DNA from: Octopus sinensis
Taxonomy: Eukaryota
Assembly (NCBI RefSeq): GCF_006345805.1
Contig: NC_042998.1
Location: 111,786,001 to 111,850,000 of the forward strand
Direction: 5' to 3'
DNA length: 64,000 nucleotides
A program made the translations under genes and the position numbers. The notes beneath the pieces were generated by a model. The model saw only the letters and a list, made by a program, of their open reading frames with translations, was not told the origin of the DNA and did not search any database. Each line of letters opens with the position of its first letter. The stretch's first letter is position 1. Positions 1 to 12,061 of this stretch are shown here, piece by piece.

Positions 1-1397
1 GCACCTATATATTTTCCTTTTTGTCTTTCTATTTTCTTTTTTTTTTTTAAAGAAATTTGGAAGTAACCTTATAGATGGTAGGCTGCTATTGTAACATGAC
101 TACGCAGAAATTCTCTCGTTGGCTTCTGTCAAAACCGGTTCTTCATCTCGGTGAGAGATGTATGAGAGGCGAATTGCAAGTCCGCAAGAAACTAATTGGG
201 AATGTTGCTGTTCTGAGGCAAATACTGAATGTTTCAATACACAGATTCATAGGCATGTAATCTACTACTGTTTTAGTCTTTAGGCTTAAACCGTTCTGTT
301 CATATGCGACTTTTAGAGACTTCAGCAGTAGGTAGTTTGGGATTTAAATGCAGGTGAAATTTCACTGATCTAGGTTAGTAGTTCTGAACCTTGTTTTTGA
401 CTGTCTCTCTCACAGCTACGATAAGTATCGGATCTCTTCCTCATATTTAAATATTTTTATTTATCCCATTAACACCAATAAATCTGTCTATCAGAAAATG
501 GGAGAACTTTATATAATCACCACTTATTATAGTTATTCTGTTCTTCATGCAGAATTCAACTCTGGTAGATTTTCTCATGGCATTATTATTAATTACCCAC
601 TTATTAAATATTTGTCATTCAGTGTCTTTGTTATGTCAGCCTTTCTAACGGTAAGTACAAGTAAAGATTATGCGACATCGAGGAACTCTAATAATATAGA
701 AACGTATGCAGAATTGTTACTGTACTTGCTATTGATAAAACTCCCCTAATATTGTCCTTCATTCAGGTTTTAATCATTTTTAGGTCTCAGAGTTGTCACC
801 CTTACCTTTCTTGAAAAGAATTGTCATTGACATTAATGAGTTTTCTTACCATTAGAGGTGTAATTTTAATTGATTAAGTTGTTTTGCTCACACTAAGTAT
901 GTTAACTCACAATATATAACAATCTGTTATCTTACTATCAATGGTGAATTTCAGATCTTAAATTTGGAGTGTTTTGTTGTATTGCATTAGGAATAAACAA
1001 TTCTTTTTTGAAACATTAAAGTAAAACTCACATCCTCACCAAGCCTCCTTTTCGAAAACCCTATTGTTTCTCTTTAGTGGGTGAGGGGTTGCAAATGAAT
1101 TTTGGCCTTGAGCTTATTAAAAGTCATAGCTTGGGCAATATAATAGGTTGTCCTACTCGCTACATTTATAGCTTTGTGCTTATGCAGAATATTATTAGAT
1201 ATGTGAAATAATTTTGGTAAACATTCTGATGTGTATGTTTTGATTTTGAGTGAGGGTACATGGAAGTTTTAATTGCTTTGCTTATTAATCTGCATAATTG
1301 TCGGATTAAGTTTGAGACTGAGGTTTGTGAATAATTACATATATTGTTTCTATAAATAAAAAATAACAGAACATTAGAGAAAGAAAAATACATATAC

Positions 1398-1662
1398 CTG
1401 TCGTAAGAGCAGTCTGTAGCTGCTAGTGTTGTGTCCGTGCCATATTCTATTGGCCAGAAGTATTTGTCTGATTTGAGAGATAATGACTTCTCTTGTTTCT
1501 CTGATAGATATCTGCACCCGGCGTTGAAATCACCCATTGCAATGACAGTATCAATTTTGAATTTATTTTCTACCGCTTTAAAAACGTCAGCTAAGGCAGT
1601 AAGTTCACGAACGACAGTATCTGGGTCAACATGAAGGCCAATGATACCAATTTCTCTAACAG
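1398..1662 (-). CDS. DNASE1: DNase I coding exon 5 (265 nt) with catalytic His, GDFNAGC and YDR
   Basis: TATTACAG acceptor. VREIGIIGLHVDPDTVVRELTALADVFKAVENKFKIDTVIAMGDFNAGCRYLSEKQEKSLSLKSDKYFWPIEYGTDTTLAATDCSYD(R). GTATAT donor, phase 2. Confidence 0.95.
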
Positions 1663-2001
1663 CTGTAATAGAATACAGTTTATGATAATAATTAGATACA
1701 TACCGTCATTTCAACATTATGAAAAACAAGTATCATAGTATTTAACATCCCTATGATACTGGTACTTATTTCAACAACCCTCGAACAAATGAAATACAGA
1801 GTCAATCTCGTCAGAATTTGAACTTAAAATATAGAGAAACCGCACTAAATACCGCAATTATTATGTCCACCGCTTTGCTAATTCTGTTAATCTTCCGCCA
1901 TTTATCATTTTAAAATTACCATATGCATAACAATATAATAAAGCTGACCAGCATTCTGATATTACCGTTGATTCGTTTACCATCATCGTAATGGTAATAC
2001 A

Positions 2002-2286
<285 letters not shown>

Positions 2287-2714
2287 AACGATCGTTACGT
2301 GTATATTGGTGATCAATGAAGTCATTGACTTCGACCACGCGACACTTCAACAGGGGTCACGTCCATGCAGGGAAGCGGAGAAACACAACTGTTCCCACCA
2401 ATACTAGGTATACTGTGCTACCGAAATTACCAACGTGGCGGTAGGCCAGTGTCGGAAATGTGTAATACCATGATCGCTTTAATGAATGGTCTGCCGTCTA
2501 TGGCTCCACTTGTTTTATAGCTTTTGTTGCTTCTTCTTCATATTTGTTAGGTAGTATGACTTCATGCTTGTATTTGTCAGTTTCCTTAAATACTAAAAAC
2601 AGTTTTTGTTTTGCTCGTGTTTTGTGGCTATTTGTATTAGTTTTCTTTGCTTCTGAAGTAGATATTTTTGCAGTCCTATGGTGGTTATTTTATAATAGTT
2701 TTCCTATTACTACT

Positions 2715-2811
2715 ATTATTATTATTCAGGTCACTGCCTGGAATTGAACTCGGAATCTTGGGGTTAGCAGTCCACGCTCTTAACTACTACGCCATATGCC
2801 CGTGGGCATAT
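2715..2811 (-). mobile_element. SINE family C tRNA-like head followed by (AAT)n
   Basis: Minus strand reads GGGCATATGGCGTAGTAGTTAAGAGCGTGGACTGCTAACCCCAAGATTCCGAGTTCAATTCCAGGCAGTGACCTG(AAT)n with A- and B-box-like motifs. Homologous to 56514-56590. Confidence 0.8.
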
Positions 2812-2894
2812 TTTTGTTGCTGAGGCAGTAAGAGTAGCAAAAAAATAATGAACTGATATTCAGAATTCCTTAGATACATACATACATACATACA

Positions 2895-4620
2895 TGGAAT
2901 CATATGATGTTGATTACTGGAATATTAATACTCTTATATACACAGCCGCTATTACTCTTAAAGAACACCTAGGAGAAATCTACAGTGAACAAAGTAACGA
3001 AATTACTAAACGGAAACAACCTAGATTGAAATCAAGACTTGAAGAAAGCATCAACAACATATTGGATGATTAACTACAACAATAAATTGTAAGGAGAAAA
3101 ATGAATTTAAACTTCACCAACTCTACCTTAGACAAAAATTAATGAAACTTTATGGCGAGTCTCTACACTGAGCTCCTGAGGGAAAACTAATCACTTTAAA
3201 TATGAACTCAGAACCATGAACGAGAAACTCTGCTATCGCAAGCGAATTTTTGAGCGAGCCAGAATCAATCGCAAGTTTGCTTCCAACCCACAAGCATTAT
3301 ACAGAAAGATGAGGAGGGAAAATATTACCATTAAGGAAGCTCCCACCCTACAAGATCTACAATCATTTTAGTCATAAATCTGGAACAAAAAGAGGGATTT
3401 CAAACTGAATGCATCATGGATAAATACAATAGAGAGAGAATACTGTACCAACTCTAACAGTAAAACATATAAAATTGATGCAGAAACCTTCGCTGTAGCA
3501 GTAGGTAAACAACAGAATGGGAAGGCACTTGGACTACCGTATGGTGTCACTCAAGCAGCACCTGCTAAACAACAGCAGCAAAAATAAATTAATTAATTCA
3601 GCTCTGAAAAGTGAAGTAACATTGTACGAGTTGGCATCGAACTCCTCAAGAAACACTCTCTTCCTGATGATCTCCTATATAGCCCCCAAACAGCTGGGCT
3701 CTCTTATCTCAGAGAAGACCTGGATGGAAAATACTCAGCCGTAAAAAAAAAAATTGGCATGAGTATGTTGCCCGGAAGCTTGAATAAGACAGTAGAATTG
3801 ACACGAAGTGCAGATTCTCTTGGACACAAGACCACTACATCATATCACACTTTCAAGGCTATGCGTTTGCAATCCAGGGACAGGAGATTGCCACAAAGTA
3901 CCTGGTAAACAAGAGAGACAGTGACACTCTTGTAATCCCAAGGTACAACTGCATGTGTAGACTATGTCATGTTTCTGTGGAAGACATTACGCATGTGATC
4001 AGCAGCTGTCCTAAAATATCGCCACGGTACTACCTCCCTATGCAGCATGATGTTGTTACTAAAACAATTTGTAATGCCATCCGCAAAAAAGACTGTCCTG
4101 AAATAAACTTAGAGAATCCCTTTGTTATGGAAGGAATACTGGTGGAATATTCCCATCAAAACTTCTGTCAAATGTAAACATAACAGGCCGGATATTGTTA
4201 TTTGTGACAGAGGGGCAATGGTATGTACCATCAAAGAGGTTAGCTGCCCTGCAGATATAAATATATCTTTGAAAATCAAAGAAAAAGAGGATATCTATGG
4301 ATAACTGCTTCGAAGCCTTCAGCTTCTATATCCCGACTATGAATTCATATTCACACCAATAATAACTGGAGCACTAGGTTTTGTTAGTAAATGCTTAAAT
4401 GAGAATCTGTATAAACTGGGATTTTCAGAAAGAGAAACTGACCTGCTGATTCGTACATTACAAGTCCAATCTGTGAGTGGAAAAATATGCAAGACTTTTC
4501 TCAAGTTCCAAGCGTGAATTTGCTTGTGTTAACTACATCCCAAAGATAGAGCCTTATATCTTTGTTGGAAACGGGCTCCCTCCTCAGTGGAAGAATTAAT
4601 AATAATTAAAAAATAGAAGA
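2895..4620 (+). mobile_element. RLE-type non-LTR retrotransposon (R4/Dong-like clade), family B, internally deleted
   Basis: Frameshifted CCHC knuckle CRLCHVSVEDITHVISSC, endonuclease motif KHNRPDIVI...EVSCPAD, terminal PIITGALG...KICKTFLKF. (CATA)n at the 5' junction and short CATA repeats after the 3' UTR. Confidence 0.85.
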
Positions 4621-4686
4621 GACATACATACAGACATGCGCGTCCTCATACATACAGACAAATACCCGCACACCCATTCATACACA

Positions 4687-4697
4687 TAGAGAGAGAA

Positions 4698-4732
<35 letters not shown>

Positions 4733-4810
4733 AAGAAAGAGAGAGAGAGGAAGAAAGAGGAAGAAAGAGAGAGAAAGAGAGAGAGGGGAGGGAGAGAAAG
4801 AGAGAGAGAG
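4687..4810. repeat. (GA)-rich polypurine tract
   Basis: Seen directly: imperfect GA/GAAA repeats. Confidence 0.95.
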
Positions 4811-5360
4811 TAGCAACAGTACAACATTTGAGTTTGAAGAGTTCGGTTACGTTGAGGAGTGATGCTTCGAGCTGTCAAAGCTGTTTACCTCGAAATATCA
4901 TGTTTTCTTTCTTTTCGCATCAGCCGAACGTATTGAAATCCCTTAATCTTGTCTGTTGCCAACACAGATCACCCCCAGTTCCATTAAGTTCTGTATTGCA
5001 TCTTTTTCTTTTGATCTTATCTACATCTGTTGTAACTGCTTTTTCTTTCACATGAATGGCGGAATGCCATTTAGACTTTATGAAGTCCATACAGACGGAA
5101 AGTCTTTACAGTATTATATGACAAGCTACTCTATGCCACCGCTGCTGTTGATGATCTGGTAACGAGTGCCAAGCTCTGTATTATTTTTGTCTGTAAAATA
5201 TAACTAAGAATTGATACCTAACTAAGTCGACATAGTGTCAGCTTATTTGCTGAAGTGCCATTGGTAATCAGTCACAAAGACATTGGAATGGGTTATAGAT
5301 ATTTCCCTCCTCCTCCTCTGACTGAGCGATTAAAAAAAAAAAAGAAATTGGACAAGATAT

Positions 5361-5764
5361 TACTCTTTACTCTTTTACTCTTTTCAGTCATTTGACTGCG
5401 GCCATGCTGGAGCACCGCCTTTAGTCGATCAAATCGACCCTGGAACTTATTCTTTGTAAGCCCAGTACTTATTCTATCGGTCTCTTTTGCCGAACCGCTA
5501 AGTGACGGGGACGTAGACACACTAGCATCGGTTGTCAAGCAATGCTAGGGGGACAAACACAGACACACAAACACACACACACATATATATATATATATAC
5601 GACAGGCTTCTTTCAGTTTCCGTCTACCAAATCCACTCACAAGGCATTGGTCGGCCCGGGGCTATAGCAGAAGACACTTGCCCAAGATGCCACGCAGTGG
5701 GACTGAACCCGCAACCATGTGGTTGGTTAGCAAGCTACTTACCACACAGCCACTCCTGCGCCTA
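5361..5764 (-). mobile_element. SINE family A, full length (~400 bp)
   Basis: Minus strand starts TAGGCGCAGGAGTGGCTGTGTGGTAAG...GGTTCAGTCCC (tRNA-like), then a CORE-like CTTGGGCAAGTG segment, internal (TA)/(TG) repeats and a (GAGTAAAA)n tail. Near-identical copies occur elsewhere in the window. Confidence 0.92.
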
Positions 5765-5799
5765 TATGCCAATCTTCTCTGCCATTTATCAGTCTCGTG

Positions 5800-5915
5800 G
5801 AGATTTAGGGGTTTTCGCTCAATAAACGCCCAAAACGCCCGGTCTAGGAATCGAAACCGCGATCCTATGACCGCGGGTCCGCCTCCCTAACCACTTGGCC
5901 ATAACGCCTCCACGT
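5800..5915 (-). mobile_element. tRNA-derived SINE head (fourth family)
   Basis: GGAGGCGTTATGGCCAAGTGGTTAGGGAGGCGGACC...GGTTTCGATTCCTAG with A/B-box-like motifs; related to 60880-61030. Confidence 0.6.
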
Positions 5916-5976
5916 TTCTGTATCAAAAACTTATCTAAGGTATATTTACCGAAGAAATGTGATGCCATTTACTTAC

Positions 5977-6095
5977 ATAGACTTGGGATCGAAAATTTTA
6001 CTACGAAAGGTTCTCTTTCAAACGTATCGACTCCCTTTTCCTCCGAACCATCGTCGTAGTGAAATGAGTCAACTATTGTTATTCCGGTGTCATTT
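5977..6095 (-). CDS. DNASE1: DNase I coding exon 4 (119 nt; not in the ORF track)
   Basis: TTTTTCCCTCAG acceptor. (R)NDTGITIVDSFHYDDGSEEKGVDTFEREPFVVKFSIPSL(S) contains YDDG...DxFxREPFxVxF. GTAAGT donor, phase 1, compatible with both neighbouring exons. Confidence 0.93.
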
Positions 6096-6133
6096 CTGAG
6101 GGAAAAACAAAATTCATCTATTAATTCGAGATA

Positions 6134-6970
6134 CAGTAATCATTCGCCATACCGCGGTTCACCTATCGCGCCCTCAGTACATCGCGGATTCCTCTGGCTA
6201 ATATATGAAAATTTATATCGTGGGTTTCTGCGGCCGATAGGTATTTATATTTCTTTTGGTTTTAATTATTTCTGTGGTAAAATAAGCATTTTCACGTCCA
6301 AAAATTAATAAACTAATAAATAAATAAAAGTACAGTACTGCACTGTATAACACATTAATTAAAAGATATTAAAAGAAAATACGTAGTGTACCGTAGATGA
6401 GTAAACAAAGAATCACACGTACTGTATGGAAAACGAAACTGGGGAGGCGAGTGTGCGGTGTTGTTTTGCATTTATAATAAAACTAGCAGTATCGCCCGGC
6501 GTTGCTCGGGTTTGTTTCGACCCTTTAGAATTGGAATTTTTGAAAAGTAAAAATTTTGCATTATGTAGCTTGTTATTCTCTTTAAGTGAACATTTTTCTG
6601 GTTGAAATACAGCGAAAAATGACGACACAGCAGTCAAAAAATCGTAAAAAATAGGGATTTTCATAGAAAAAAAGCGCCTTTTTGATGTAAATAATTTTTG
6701 ACCTTAACATGGTCCGATTTGAAGAGCAAGCCTTCTTCTATCATACTTTCAATTTTGGTCAACTTGCGCCGCAGGGTCTCGGAGAAGATAGTGTTAGTTG
6801 AAGGCTATCAAACCTGCCATACACAGACAGCTTCAGCTTTATATATATAGATAGATATATACAAATTATGAAAATAATAAAAAAAAAAATATGCAGTACA
6901 GTACCGTTTCTACTTCACCTATTGTGAGGCGTTTTGGAACGTAACACTCGCGATAGTCGAGGGGTTACTG
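6134..6970. mobile_element. Tigger/pogo-type MITE with TA target duplication, interrupted by a Helitron
   Basis: Left end TA|CAGTAATCATTCGCCATACCGCG; right end reverse complement TA|CAGTAACCCCTCGACTATCGCG. Confidence 0.75.
6483..6851 (-). mobile_element. Non-autonomous Helitron
   Basis: 5' A|TCTATATATATAAA; 3' hairpin CCCGAGCAACGCCGGG then CTAG|T; inserted between A and T with no TSD. Confidence 0.88.
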
Positions 6971-7586
6971 TATGTTCGAGTTTGCTGCTGCGTTGTTACT
7001 AGCTCTAGATGTTCTTTTAGCATAATTTCATTTACACCAAGAATATTTTATGGGAATATTAAATCGAAATCAGAATGTGACTTTTAAGAGATTTCATACA
7101 TGTATGTGTGTGTGTGTGTGTTTGTGTTTGTACTCGTGCATATGTGGGTGAACGTCTACCATTTAAAAACAACTCGCAGCATCATGTTTTGTTTTCAATT
7201 CCTTCTGCCTTTTTACCTTTTGAATATAAACTACAAAATTAAGTGAAAAAAGTATTTCTCGAAAATTTTGCAAAAGTTTACAGTTCCAATTTTGCAAAAG
7301 TTTGCAATTCCAAAATTCTTGCGACTCCAACCATAGTAGAGCCCTTCACTACAGCTCAGTGTAATCATAATTCTACCACTTTGTCTTTTCTACATTTAAT
7401 GTTTCCAACCGCCCGTCAGTCTTACTTCATTTGTAGTTTCAATTACCTTTCTGCCAGCAAGACCGCACAGAAAAGCAACACGCTGTGAATGATTTTACAG
7501 CTATATACATTACGACACACTGCACTAGTTGAATGAATACTAAAAAAAGAAAAGAAGAAAATTCAAACATAAAATGTTTTACGTAC

Positions 7587-7667
7587 CTATAGTAGAATGC
7601 ATAATTTTCTTTGCTGTATGTTCGTCCAAGCCTGTCGCTTAATTTCATACTATAACTGTATCCGTTT
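7587..7667 (-). CDS. DNASE1: DNase I coding exon 3 (81 nt)
   Basis: TTCCAG acceptor. (T)NGYSYSMKLSDRLGRTYSKENYAFYY(R) matches the family SxRLGRxxYKExYxFxYR motif. GTACGT donor, phase 2. Confidence 0.93.
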
Positions 7668-7769
7668 CTGGAACGAAGATAGAGAATTATACATAGAATA
7701 TGATAGGAAATGTAACTTGGAAAAACAAATTCCTAACAAGAAGTACTAGCAACAATACCAGCATCAGTA

Positions 7770-8004
7770 CCTATTTCTTTACTACCCACAAGGAGCTACA
7801 CACAGAGAGGACAAACAAGGACAGACAAACGGATTAAGTCGATCACATCGACCCCAGTGCGTAACTGGTACTTAATTTATCGACCCCGAAAGGATGAAAG
7901 GCAAAGTCGACCTCGGCGGAATTTGAACTCAGAACGTAACGGCAGACGAAATACGGCTACGCATTTCGCCCAGCGTGCTAACGTTTCTGCCAGCTCACCG
8001 CCTT
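7770..8004 (-). mobile_element. SINE family B
   Basis: Head AAGGCGGTGAGCTGGCAGAA...GAGTTCAAATTCCGCCGAGGTCGACTTTGCC; multiple copies in the window. Confidence 0.9.
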
Positions 8005-8182
8005 ACCAGCACGACTAGTATGTTAGTACTACAGGAAGTAAGGTATGGCTATTTGTATGTAGGTATGACTGTAGCTAAGATGTTTTCTTCACAATTATAG
8101 GGTTTTGTGTTCGGTTCCATTGCACGGTACACTGCACAAGATTTTTTTTATCAAAGTTTTGGGTCGACCAATGTCTTGTGAA

Positions 8183-8735
8183 CAGTGGAGTAGCTGATGG
8201 AGAAGCAACGGAAGCGACTGCTCCCTTGGAGCACGTTTTTCAAAATTGGTGCCTTTTCAACAATTTTGTTTTAACTCTTTAGTTCACTTGTGTGATAAAA
8301 GTCGAATATTCCTCTTTTTTCTTTCCTTTTTGTTAATCACGAGACCTAGGAGGAACTTTTTGGACTCATTATTTTATCTGAGCAACCTCCCGAGTTTTTT
8401 AACTGCTTGCTCAACCTCTTGTAATGTGTTAGTAGCCGCTGACACCTGAAGAACCGAAACAAACCCTGACGTCGTCACCTGTCGACACTTGACGATCTCG
8501 TGGAGTTCCATGTTTTTCACATCACACCTGTATCAGTAGTTGTAAATTTCATACATAATGACATTTTTACAAAAACATGAAATTAATGAATGTAGAAAAC
8601 AATTATGTATATTTTTACTGATAAAATATTTCGCGTTATATACAAGAAATGAGTTAAAAATTGTTTAGTTTGTGTCATGCCACCTTTTTATTATGTGCAC
8701 TCATTCCTTAAATTTAGAACCTGGCTACACTTCTG
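8183..8735. mobile_element. hAT-type MITE with 8-bp TSD CTTGTGAA
   Basis: CTTGTGAA at 8175-8182 and 8736-8743; imperfect TIRs CAGTGGAGTAGCTG and CAGAAGTGTAGCCA (reverse complement). Confidence 0.8.
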
Positions 8736-9560
8736 CTTGTGAATGAGATTGGTGGACGGAAACTATGTAGAAGCCTGTTTTGAGTTGAAGATTAATATGT
8801 TGCTCGATTTAACATTACCACATGGTCTTTTGTTGACTTTAAGTGATTCGGCTTTGTTGTAAACATTTGTCTCATGTTCCAAGGTGGAGGACAGCTTCCT
8901 TCCCTCCTCAGTCTCAGAGGCCCTGAAAAGAGTCATAGGTATTGTTTTTTCCTCTTCTGACCCAGCCATGAATAAAAGTAACCAACGCTTTAAAGGCAGG
9001 AGAAATCTGGCAAGTTCAAAGTTCCAGCTCATGTATTGCAATCCAAAGGTTTGTAAATCATAATAGAATCAACAATAGAAATTGTTTTAAGTCCTCTTTA
9101 CACACATTTAACGTGGAATAATTAAGTAGACTTTTCTATCAAACCTTGAAAGAAAACTTCAACATTAACGAAACCTAGAGAGACGAACATATGACACTTT
9201 GGGCAAGTGTCTTCCACTTTAGCCTCGAGTCGACCAAAACCTACTGAGTAATATCTTGTAAAGAGAAACTGTAAGGATTCTAGTCAGAGAGATCGATACT
9301 GTTCTTGGGTGGTTAACTTAATCTATCATCTGGTTCAACACAAACGCAAGGTCATTGGGTACCTTTCGCGGAGTGTATTCCATTGAAAGCATCCAGACCA
9401 GGTCTTCGGCCTCAGGATAACTTTTGTCCTTCCAGTTTGAAAAACCTGAACATCGACATGGATGTTGTCCTTCTTCTTATGACTATTATGTATATATAAT
9501 GGTGATAATGGTTAAAATTTAAGTGAAACCTCAAATCTGGAGAAATAGAAATATACATAC

Positions 9561-9649
9561 GTGTTAATGGCTTTCAAAAGTTTTTCAGGAGTTTTTCCTG
9601 ATTTGTCTCTAATTTCTTGTATTAGAATAATATCGTATCTTTGAACAAT
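9561..9649 (-). CDS. DNASE1: DNase I coding exon 2 (89 nt)
   Basis: TTTCAG acceptor. IVQRYDIILIQEIRDKSGKTPEKLLKAIN(T) contains the YDIxLIQEIRD motif (E39 equivalent). GTATGT donor, phase 2. Confidence 0.95.
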
Positions 9650-10104
9650 CTGAAAATAAAAAAATAGATATAAAAAAAGCAACTGAAATAGCCACAACCA
9701 GGAATCCAGCCTAAGCAGCAGATACGGTTCACTTTGAACTTATCTGCATCACACATGCTGTACGCATGCATGTGTGTGCCCTCATATATGCACGTGTGTG
9801 TGTATGTACGTTTGCCTGTGTGCATATATGAACGCATATATGAATGTTTGTATGTATGTTTGTATGTGTGCATGTGCGCGTGTGTGTTAAATAATGCCAT
9901 GGCTGTGTTTGCGGTGAAAGACATTGGAATACTGTCTCAATAGTCATAACGTCAGTTTCACAAGGAATAGCTAGAGATTGTCACATGTATGAAATCCGTA
10001 AGTATGATGAGTAGGGATTGCTGTGTGATTTAGGAGATCACTTCGTAACTATGTGGTTTTGTGTTCCATCTCACTATGGGACACATAGGCCAAGCGTCTC
10101 CTTA

Positions 10105-10390
10105 AGTAAGAGTAGATGAACATCGGAAAGCCGTGACACGAAGGGATATTGAAAAGTCAGGTATAGCCGATCACGTATGGTAAAATGAAGACCACCAACC
10201 CCTGTGAGATGAGGTCAAAATAATAGATAGAGAGCACCGCTGGAAAATTAGTAAATCCGAGGAAGCAGCGCATATGCTGAGACATAATAAGCTCCGAAGC
10301 AAGCCAAGTGCAGTGATGAATACAATATAGGAACCAATAATTACGAAAAAAGAAGGCAGACTGCTACAACAGATTACAAAGAATTAGGTT
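10105..10390 (+). mobile_element. Penelope-like element fragment (C-terminal part of the GIY-YIG region)
   Basis: Reads VDEHRKAVTRRDIEKSGIADHVW*NEDHQPL*DEVKIIDREHRWKI with stops; typical of PLE endonuclease C-termini. Confidence 0.7.
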
Positions 10391-10889
10391 TATAAGTGTT
10401 AAAAATTCAATTTATCCTACATACGGGCATAGCGTAGTGGATAAAGACGTTGATTAATGAAGTGCATTCAGTTAAATTTTGAGTTTAATCCCTAGTAAGG
10501 CACCAGTTCGAATAATATAAATTCCTTGTCTGAGAAATAAAAAAAACATCTTTCTTTTGAAATCCTCATCTAAAGATAAAATTATAACATTCACAGATAT
10601 TTGATAATAAAGGCTGCTTAACTTTCTATTGATATATCTTTTAATGCATAAATTTATAGACATAATTTCATTGTGTTAGACATTTCGATTATGGCGACGA
10701 TTTGAACACACAAATGCAGAATAACATACATCTTTTCCCTCTCTTTCTCTCGATTTCTGTTTCTATTTTTTCCGCTGATTCTACTATTTCCGTTTCTTCT
10801 TTTGTATCCCTTTCTCATCCTTCTCTTCACATTACCTTTATCTATTTAGTTATTACCGCTCTTGGTATAACACAAGGACAAAACAGGTA

Positions 10890-11950
10890 GATTACAAGAA
10901 CAAGCAGAATAACATTAAAGGAATACGAATCAGTTGCAGGGATCAAAATCAACGCTGACAAGTCGGTGGGCTCGCGGCTGGGCACCTGGAGAGGCAGGTC
11001 AATGATGTCGGACGGCGTCGTGAGACGTTGGACTGACGGACCAGTTAAGCTGCTTGGTGTCTGGTTTGGTCCCGACTTCCAAAAGGATAAGAACTGGGAC
11101 AAAGTGATATAGAGGGAGGCCGGTCTTACCTAGAAAAGGGCAGAGAGGAAGATGTCCCTGAAAGGTCGAGCAGAGGTGATGAATATCTACAGCAATTACC
11201 TGATTGTCGTACCCTGCCCCGGTCACTGCTTGACCAGGCTAGGGTGTCTCTTATTTAACTTCTTGTGGAAGGAACGTGTTCCAATGGTCAGATGTTCAGT
11301 CTGCTGCCAGCAACCTTTGAGTGACGGTTTAGGCATGCAGTGGTCTCTGACGCGGAGACACGCGCTTAGGCTGTGACATCTAAAACGATTTCTGGACGGT
11401 GAGCATATATGGGCTCTGATTGTGAGGCGTGGTTTTCCGCAGCTCGTCTCCTTGATGGAGCTGCAGTCCTGGGTAAAGAAAAGACCGAGTGACGCCAGGT
11501 GCTCACAGCCCTCTACCAGTCGAGCAATGGAATCAGCAGAAGTTCCACTTTAGCAATACTGGCTAGTCTGTTCCGGAGGACTTTTTGATCAGCGACCACT
11601 ATGGATAATATTCAGATGTCCTTGATATGGCAGTGCTACCGAAGGGCACTACTAGTTCAAGATAAACTCTACAGGCATGAATATGCTGTCAGATGGGCTT
11701 TTCCGAGGTGCACGCAGAGCGATGAAATCGTTCTGAAAGTACACAATTGGAGAGGGCACTTGCCCTTGGTATTCAGGGTGATCTTGGATGTTGGGGTTCC
11801 TCGACTACTCCTAGAGTCCTCCTGTGTCAGGAGGACAACATTGTCACCACCCCACCTCTTTTTTTTCTTCATCTTATACTGTTGTATACTATGTATGCTT
11901 CCGTTCTCTGTTTTATTGTATACTGGGTATACTTTCTATACATTCATATA
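10890..11950 (+). mobile_element. L1/Tx1-clade LINE 3' fragment
   Basis: KINADKSVGSRLGTW, RVPMVRCSVCCQQPLSDGLGM and WQCYRRALLVQDKLYRH; homologous to 36000-37620. Confidence 0.8.
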
Positions 11951-11958
11951 TATTTATA

Positions 11959-12061
<103 letters not shown>

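Noticed and set aside
235-343. Minus-strand frame ...VAYEQNGLSLKTKTVVDYMPMNL, loosely echoing AYGLS...ISDHYPVE of the DNase I C-terminus
   Set aside because: No usable splice acceptor, an upstream in-frame stop and no catalytic His; the resemblance is probably chance.
449-483. Possible DNase exon 6 (R)FIGVNGINKNI after GACAG
   Set aside because: Weak polypyrimidine tract and a stop after 11 codons.
8441-8470. CTGAAGA-ACC-GAAAC (and CTGATGA-CGAACA-GAAA near 34224) as hammerheads
   Set aside because: No stem II or stem I can be formed.
8763-9041. 92-aa minus-strand ORF next to the hAT MITE
   Set aside because: No recognisable motif or splice context; likely decayed repeat.
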